A stretch of 64,000 nucleotides of DNA from Octopus vulgaris (taxonomy: Eukaryota). Both the position numbers and the translations under genes were made by a program. Position 1 is the stretch's first letter; each line of letters starts with the position of its first letter. The notes beneath the pieces are model-generated. The model was given only the letters and a program-made list of their open reading frames with translations, was not told where the DNA came from and made no database searches. The stretch covers positions 5,642,001 through 5,706,000 of the forward strand of contig OX597818.1 in assembly GCA_951406725.2 (NCBI GenBank), written 5' to 3'. Positions 55,736-64,000 of the stretch are shown here, piece after piece.

Positions 55736-56152
55736 GGCGGAGAGCTGGCAGAAACGTTAGCACACCGGGTGAAATGCTTAGCCGTATTTCGTCTGCCGCT
55801 ACGTTCTCAGTTCGAATTCCGCCGAGGTCGACGTTGCCTTTCATCCTTTCCGGGTTGATTAAATAAGTACCAGTTACGCACTGGTGTCGATATAATCGAC
55901 TTCATTCGTTTGACTGTCCCTGTTTGTTCTCTCTGTGTTGAGCCCCTTGTGGGTAGTAAAGAAATAGGTATTTCGTCTGCCGTTACGTTCTGTGTTCAAA
56001 TTCCGCCGAGGTCAACTCTGCCTTTCATTCTTTCGGGGTCGATAAATTAAGTACAAGTTACGCACTGGGGTCGATGTAATCGACTTAATCCCTTTGTCTG
56101 TCCTTGTTTGTCCCCTTTATGTTTAGCCCCTTGTGGGCAATAAATGAATAAG
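55736..56152 (+). mobile_element. Dimeric tRNA-derived SINE with a Tx1-like 3' tail
   Basis: Monomer 1 is 55736-55966; a 5'-shortened monomer 2 is 55967-56152. A/B boxes; a central domain recalling the Meta-SINE core (from memory, unverified); tail TGTCCCCTTTATGTTTAGCCCCTTGTGGGCAATAAA. Confidence 0.9.
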
Positions 56153-56451
56153 TATAACATAATATTATGGACACTTACGAGAAGTAAAGTCACACACTGG
56201 AAATATACGCCAAAGGCCTTCAGCTATTTTTTCAAATATACGCACACGTTGAAATCGACGGAATGGACAAAGAAAAACTGTTTTGAACTTTTTCAAAAAG
56301 AAACAATTTTTCTCTGTTCATTCCCTCGATTTCAAGAATATTAGATTGACACTCGAGAAAAATAGAAAAAAACCCTACGCTCTTGAATAGATAGGAAAAA
56401 GAGGAAATAAATAGAGAGAGAGAGAATGAAAGAAACACACACATATATGTA

Positions 56452-57245
56452 TTTATAGGGAAAATAGGAAAATAGGAATAAATTAATTGATAATTATATT
56501 TATTAACTACAAATATAGACATAGTCTCTGACAGCTGTTTCGATTCAAACTTTAAAAATTAATTAAAATAATCAAATCATGATGAAGTTGAATCTCTTCG
56601 CGGGTAGGAAAAGGATATACCATTACATTTTTGTATTTTTATGTGTTAAGTGTACGGAACATATCAGCTACCTGAGTATTGTTTTATAGAAGAACTTGAA
56701 TTAAACCTTATAAAAGGGGAGGGAAGGTAGTATATTAAGAGACATAATTATATAAATGATATAATATGCATTGGGTAAACATTAAAAGTATGAAGAGAAG
56801 GAAAATATAAAAATGAACCGTATATTTAAGTATCACATTAATATAAGGGTAAATATATTTATAAGAATTTAAGTAATATATTATATTCTGGGTAGCCATT
56901 AAAAAGTATAAAAGTAGACAATATATAGTAATTAAGCTTTTAATTAATTATAATATTATTATTAGTGTAAATATAATTATAAAAATTATAAAAATTTAAG
57001 CAAAAGTGTGACTAAATATGTAAATCAATAAAACAATACTCAGTTAGCTGATATGCTCCGTACACTTAACATATAAAAAATACAAATGTGTATCTTTTCT
57101 TCTACATCCCACGAGATTTACCTTTATAATGATTTAATTATTTCAAAGTTTGAACCGAAATAGCTGTCAGAGATTATGTCTATTTTTGTAATTAATAAAT
57201 ATAATTATTAATAGATTTATCTCTATTTTCTTATTTTCCTTAAAT
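56452..57245. mobile_element. Diverged long inverted repeat (Penelope pLTR-like) with decayed hammerheads
   Basis: ~56452-56688 versus ~57029-57245 inverted. Minus strand 56524-56604 reads GCGAAGA GAUUCAA...UUGAAUC GAAA CAGCUG UC|AGAGA. Confidence 0.65.
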
Positions 57246-57384
57246 AAATATTAACCTCAGTTTATTTATTTTCCTATGTTTTAATATTAAATCTAAAATT
57301 CTAAATAAATAATAGGTAAGTCTAGTAAATTCATTAGATATTTTAATCCCTTAATGAGGAGTATTTAATCTCCAATTGCACTTT

Positions 57385-57444
<60 letters not shown>

Positions 57445-57906
57445 TAGATATATATATAAAGAGAGAGAGAGATAAATAGATCGATTGATATATAGATAGA
57501 CAGATAGAGAGATATTTCCGGCCATTTGAGTCTTACGCGTCGTCTACAAAATTAAGCGCTTTATAGGTGCGAAATCAATGCACACTTACAGACTGGCCAT
57601 AACTGTAAACCTTATATAAATACATTATCCCGAAATTGATTCAATATAGAAATAACAAACATTTTAAAAAAATTATGTTAGCTCGCTTTCCTCGATTTCA
57701 GCACGACGTGTATCTATAGTGAATGTATATTATAAATGTGGAAATTGACGATTTAAAGTCTGTTCTCAGTATATTGGCATTGAAATAAATTTTCCATTGC
57801 CCTTGTTTATATGTTGTTTATAATTTTAACCTTTATAGGTATTTTAATATGCTACCACTTTTGATAAAATTTTTTCTGAAAAACATTTTATCCTATATTA
57901 GTAGTA

Positions 57907-57962
<56 letters not shown>

Positions 57963-58068
57963 TGTATATATATATATATATATGCGTAAAATATACAGGG
58001 TAGCGAATATCTTTAGAAATGTCACTACCAGTGGCCTAGCAGGTTAGTTGAAATATGTTCGCGACATG

Positions 58069-58202
58069 TTTCAACTGCTAAAAGACAAATACACTGCAGT
58101 TACATATTTCATTGAACGAACCGGTGTATTCACACTTTTCTATCATACGGAAGATTTATTTTGCACAGTGACTGCAGTGTATTTGCATTTTAGCAGTTGA
58201 AA
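58069..58202. mobile_element. MITE-like element with ~32-bp TIRs
   Basis: TTTCAACTGCTAAAAGACAAATACACTGCAGT / ACTGCAGTGTATTTGCATTTTAGCAGTTGAAA. Confidence 0.6.
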
Positions 58203-58676
58203 TATACCAAACATGTTTTAGATAATTAAAATTTTGCTCATACCTAAACACTGTTTTGTGCGAAAGCTTCATTGTATAAAATATTACTTTATAAGAATTT
58301 TAAATCCGAAATTAAACCAAAAATAGTCAACACACCATGCAATAAACAGTGGAAAAAGAATACTTATGACTAACTATGAAAGATAAAGGAAGAATAATTC
58401 ATGAAAACCCCAAGTCCTAAATTAAGCCGTAAATAATTAGTACTACCACTACTACAAAAATAACAAGTTCCTGTTCCATACATTAACCAAGAGAAAGTGT
58501 GTTTGAAAAGGTTAATTGAACGCGCTCATACACATTAGCAAAATATTTTTTCCGAAAGAAATTGTTGGAAAGTCTTTCATATATATATATAAAGTGTAGG
58601 TGGCATACCAGTGGGTATATATTTATAAAAAAAGTTTCAAAACACCACTGTATAAGATAAATTTTAATTTTCTTAG

Positions 58677-58728
58677 ATATTTTACATGTTTCGGTTCTTC
58701 TTGAAAAAAGGAACCTTATCAGTAATAT
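58677..58728 (-). ncRNA. Hammerhead-like motif (G8A-mutated)
   Basis: AUAUUA CUGAUAA GGUUC...GAACC GAAA CAUG UA|AAAUAU. Confidence 0.55.
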
Positions 58729-58812
58729 TGTTAAAAGTTAAGTGTAATAAAAAAGTTCATAATTTTTTTTTATTAGTCTCAACAGAGTCCGCGTGGTGGT
58801 GTTTTGTGGGAG

Positions 58813-58980
58813 AGAGCATAATGGCTGTCTTGTGCGTTGACTAGATTCGTTGGCTGTAATCGTGAAAATGACCGTTGGCCGTAAAACGGCTTCTGCTACT
58901 ACTGCAATTACGGCCAACGATAATTTTTCACGGTTACAGCCAACGAATCTAGTCAACGCACAAGACAGCCATTATCCTCT
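58813..58980. repeat. Near-perfect foldback, ~72-bp arms with a ~23-nt spacer
   Basis: ATAATGGCTGTCTTGTGCGTTGACTAGATTCGTTGGCTGTAA... paired with ...TTACAGCCAACGAATCTAGTCAACGCACAAGACAGCCATTAT. Confidence 0.92.
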
Positions 58981-60187
58981 TATAAAATTTCTTGAGTCAT
59001 ATAAAGTCATATTATGTTCTATGGTGAATCATATTGCATTACATATGTTACATGCTATGTGTTGTGGTATGTGGTGTGCTATATGTAATATTATTCCATT
59101 ATAAACCTTGTCTTGTTAGTCTGACTTCATCCTATTTTGGTGGTTACACTATTTTCCTTTCTATGATGTTCTACTCAACTGATCATATTATGCATACTTG
59201 TTGTGACTGTATGTAAGTCTCCTTTTGACTAAATTATATACCCCCTAGAAACTATAAAATCATACGATAACACATGCAATGTTACAACATATAAAATTTA
59301 TTCAGTCCTTTAACTGCCATCACTACTTCCATACATATTACACACTCTTTTCGGGTTAACTTTACCTTTTCCCTGCCTCTTATTTTAAGCCCCTATCTAT
59401 ATATGTAGGTTATATGTATTTCTTACTAATTTTAAATAAATTTTTATTATTTTGTTTTCTTATTTTGACATCCTTACTGATTAACCTCTCATCCCTTATA
59501 AACTGTTATTTTTCATGTTCTTAAATGGATATTTTCAGTTACTTAAGTTTATGCGAGATGAATGGATACTAAGCTGAATTTCTGTAATCTTCCTTTTTAA
59601 TGTTTATAATTGATATAGTCACGCCTTTTCCCTATGTTGGGTATGATATCAATCTTGGAATTCTTAAATTTTATTTTTATACAACATAACAATTTGTTTA
59701 TAAACATCCCCCATAGTGCTCCTAACAAAATTTCCTCTGTATTAACATCTTAAGTTTTTTAGCGTCTTGCTTCTTTCACTGGTAAGTAACATCATGATTT
59801 AAAGGCTACCCCTACACTACCTATTTTATAGACTGTTGCTTATACGACTCCAAATGTCTTATTTCCCCCCTGGGAAAAGGAATACATAAGATAATACTTA
59901 TGACCATACCTAACCATGAGCTGTCAACTCCCTCTTGTCCTTTATTTAAAATAGATGCAGTCTTCTACGAGGTCTTAGATTTAGTAGTTGATAAAGAAAT
60001 AAATGAATTAGAAATGAATTACAACCGTTACAATCCTATGGCCACACTATGCTCCATGCGATTCTTAGAAGTTGTAGTCTATTCCTAGCTACAGCATGAA
60101 TGTCATCCATCTTTTTACTCTGTTGAAATAGTTACGAAAAATTACATTGACGTGTCCTACTTGTTAAAATTCCTTTTATTTATTTGT

Positions 60188-60271
60188 GAAGCTGACGATA
60201 GCATTTCATATAAATTGATATAATGATTTCATTGTTCAATTAAATGGAGCAGCTTGAAACGGTCGTACTGC
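60188..60271 (+). ncRNA. Hammerhead-like motif with a long loop II
   Basis: GAAG CUGACGA UAGC...GCUU GAAA CGGUCG UA|CUGC. Intact core, single mismatches in stems I and II. Confidence 0.6.
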
Positions 60272-61721
60272 GTTGCTACCTGATGTCCTGTTGCTTATTT
60301 TGATTTTATTTTCCTTATTTCGAGCTGTGCGGATAATGCCGGACTGACTTGGTGCTTCAACTTAAGTATCTAATTCAACTGAATCTTAATTATTTCTTAT
60401 ATATATAGTTATACAAACATACATATACACTTATACATATATATGCACTATGAGAAACATCGAAGAGAGCTGTTCACTTTATTGTAAAATATTGCAAACT
60501 GGAATTAGATTAGCCAGTATAAGAATTTGGTATAATAGTTTGCATTTTGTTACAATGTATTTCGTGCAAAAATATCCAAAAATAAAAATACAAATTCTTC
60601 ATTTGTCATATTAGATATCTGTTATATGTTTGTTTGGAATATTTTCTAGATTTAATGGTCTACGATGTAATTATCAGCAGTGTTACTGTATTGTCTGATA
60701 CTACTAAAATATTCAGTTTCGGGGCTTTTACATATCATTTAGTTTTTCACTACATTAATACATTTTATAATCACTCGGGAAGAACACGAAATTTAAATTT
60801 CCCTAGAAGTTCGTATTTCAGCAATTATTTTGTATGGTTTCGTTAGTATGTTATTAGTTTCATTATCACTCCTAACCTGAATACTAACCTACCAGGGAGC
60901 CTAGAACTTCCACAAATAGGCAACAATACACCGTATAACAAAAATATAACAAAGAAAATTCCATATTAAACCAAGTAAACATTTAACATCGGTATGCAAA
61001 CAAGATATGTTGCCTGTTCCCTATTATTAAACGAGAAATTTGTATAGCATAGGGCTCAGCACATTTAAAAGTCTCATATCCAAGATATATAAAACGGGTC
61101 TATAACAAAACAGGGCTTTTATGTTAATGTAGGAGGTAAAAGTTAACGACAAAACTAAAGGCAGATGACAGGATGAAATTTCTATTCCCAGTCTCCTTTT
61201 GTAATGCTTAAATATCATAAAATGAACTTCAAAAGTAATACTATATGTAGGGTAATCAACCTAGCCAAGCCAAAGTTGCAAGAGCAAGGTGTAATCAAGA
61301 AAATGTTTTAGAAAAGTGATTTTCACAGAAAAAGTTATTTCCACATTTACATCGTAGCGCAACATTTCATAACTACAGAAATAGTCACACGGCATGAAAG
61401 AGAAGATAATCTCTGTAAATTACTCACTTATCCACCCTGAACTTGAAAGCATGAAAATATTTTGTTACGTTGTATAGTTTAGGGATATCAAATGCACTTA
61501 CTAGTAATCTACCGAATATATTCTAGCTGTTAATGGTGACTACTCAGTGCTACATGCTTGTCACCTCATCGTAGTATTACCATGTATTGACATATATTGA
61601 TGATTTACTTGTAACTGCTCTATACTCTGTTTATTATTATAGCTTTTATATAGGTTAATTTTTCCTTGTAAACTTGAAAATTCAGTTCATCTCAATGCAG
61701 TAAACGATATTCAATACCCAC

Positions 61722-61856
61722 GAGTGGTTGTGTGTGGTAAGTAGCTTGCTTACCAACCACATGGTTCAAGGTTCATTGAGTGAGACCATGGGCAAGTGTC
61801 TGTTACTATAGCCTTGTGAGTGGATTTGGTGGACGGAGACTGAAAAGAAACCCGTC
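61722..61856 (+). mobile_element. SINE (second family)
   Basis: GAGTGGTTGTGTGTGGTAAGTAGCTTGCTTACCAACCACATGGTTC...GGGCAAGTGTC...GGATTTGGTGGACGGAGACTGAAAAGAAACCCGTC. Confidence 0.7.
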
Positions 61857-61926
61857 GAATATATGAATATGTTTGTGTATCTATGTTTGTCCTCCAACGT
61901 CGTATATATGTATATGTATATACATA

Positions 61927-61964
<38 letters not shown>

Positions 61965-62829
61965 CATATAAAGAAATATATACTTACACACACATTAACA
62001 CATACACATACACATTCTCTCTCACACACACACGCACACATATGTATATAATGGACCAAAACGCAATAGAGGACAAAAATCATTCGGATAGACGATACAA
62101 ATGTGGACAGGAAAACCAAACAATTAGAGAGACGGACAAAAAAGGTCGAATCATTCGTGGCCTTCTTTCTTCAGTCATATTACCAGATTGAGACTTTCTT
62201 CCGTCATATTACTTGAGACTGTTCCGCCTGGCTGCTTCCAAAAAGGCCTAAGCTAAGAGCATCAGATATTTTGTAAGAAAGCTTGCGAATGTGTACGGCA
62301 ACAAAATAAAACGGAGAAAAAGGTACACAATTACAAATATAAACAAGAACAGGTATCTTTCGATTCATGATGCGTCAAAATGAGCTGGTGTGCATAAAGT
62401 GGAACATAGTAGATGGACATAAGAGGTTTGGGCGATCAGCAGTCAGGCCAAGAAAGAAAAATCATGACTGGCTGGTCACCGATCACGTGGGAAAAGGAGA
62501 GAGGGTCAGGGATAGCAGGATTGAAGGATTAGAAATAAATCAAAGAGACAAAGGGAAAGGTACAAGGGAGATATATATACTTATGTATGTATGTATGTAT
62601 GTATGTATGTATGTATGTATGTATGTATTATGTATGCATGTATGCATGCATGTATGTATGTATGTATGTATGTATGTATGTATATATTTATGTATGTGTA
62701 TATGTATGTATGCATATATTTTTGTATCTTCCGAACCGATTTCTCAGAAAATTTATGTTTTTTTTATATAAGTGAGTATTAGCTGAAATATCTGGTGGTG
62801 AATGGGGAAGAGGAAATTCTTTTGTTATC

Positions 62830-62864
<35 letters not shown>

Positions 62865-62899
62865 ATGTATGTGTGCATATATGTATGTGTGCATACATA

Positions 62900-62945
<46 letters not shown>

Positions 62946-64000
62946 AGTGTGTGTGTGTGTGTCCATGCTTACGTGTGTATGCATGCGGTAAATTTTTGGA
63001 AGCTTGATTAGAGATAGAAAAAAGGAAAGGAAAGACAGAAAGAAAGGAAGACATGAAGAAAGGGAGAAAGAAAGAAAGAAAGTAACAAAGGGATCTTTTA
63101 TCTGGAATGGCTGTATTGTATTCTTATGGGCAGTTGGAATTACTGATATTTCAACATGTCAATTTTGTGTCAGCTATTGTTTTGAAAGCATCGCTCTCTT
63201 TCTCTATGTGCATGCATGAATGTGTAATTATGTGTGTGGAAAATTTTTGAAGGTTTAAGCCTGTTATTACATTCCAACTCGGTTAGTGTTGCAGTAATAA
63301 TACCTATAATTCAACTCAGTGTTAATATGTACATCGCATTGACCATATAACGTGTAATTTAGGGTGATAAATTCAAAGAAAGATATAGAGAGATAAAAGA
63401 AGCATTAATAAGGCTAGATCAATTTTAATGTTGAGCCTATTCAACTTCATGACACGAATTTATAATCTCAATATCATTGGATCCTCTAAAAGTTTTACTG
63501 GCTATCACTAAAACAATGTACTTGAAAGAATAGGGCTGTACCTCACCACTTACAATAAACAGCTTAGGCTTCTGTTTTACTAATAATATGTAACTTATCC
63601 ACAATGCGAAGATGTCACTAATAATTTATAATGTTACGCCAAAACCGAACTAAGAACATGCGGTCGAAATCCAGTCGATGTTATATGCCATACAGGAAGC
63701 ACTTGAGGTCATTCCAAAGTGAATTCCTCTAAAGTTGATAGAAAATCACTTAAATTCTAGAATGTTAAACACAATTCACCCTAACGTCTCTCTCAGGAAA
63801 ACAACGAACAGAAACTAAAAGAAATTTACGCCAACAATGAAAGCCATGTAAATCGAATTTGTATCTGAGAGGAGCCAATGTAATCATAATATTCCCTAGA
63901 GACAGGGAATTCCTTAGACGGAAAAGGTTTTCAAACTGATTAAATAAACAAGATAATAGTATTGGAATGTCTTTCAGATATCGAAAATATACTGAGATAG

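Noticed and set aside
59500-63920. Faint Penelope- or RTE-like peptide traces (~59650, ~61150, ~63700; also ~48300-48580)
   Set aside because: Too decayed to call by eye; a translated profile-HMM search is needed.

Overview
AT-rich, microsatellite-dense eukaryotic DNA made almost entirely of transposable elements. No host protein-coding gene is convincingly supported. The SINE and repeat content looks like a cephalopod (Octopus-like) genome, which is an inference. Main contents: (1) 1-10.8 kb, a head-to-tail stack of three diverged Tx1-like (L1 clade) LINEs, each ending at the same AACAATTC motif; the third is an ORF1-only deletion derivative. (2) A 5'-truncated HERO-like element and a ~4.3 kb (TA)n block containing a 1749-bp duplication. 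(3) Helitron, Tc1/mariner and RTE relics. (4) 31-39 kb, a stack of R4/Dong-like elements in (TAA)n tracts, nested in a Penelope-like element whose terminal repeat has a tRNA-like cassette upstream of a hammerhead ribozyme. (5) Many tRNA-derived SINEs, foldbacks and Penelope-type direct/inverted repeats. The most notable unannotated signals are a Tx1 LINE / dimeric SINE pair sharing a 3' stem-loop tail, the AACAATTC-delimited Tx1 array, a splice-donor consensus between ORF1 and ORF2 in both full copies, and about ten minimal hammerhead motifs from apparently unrelated families, several with a U4C core variant. All alignments and folds were done by eye, and the boundaries of decayed elements are approximate.
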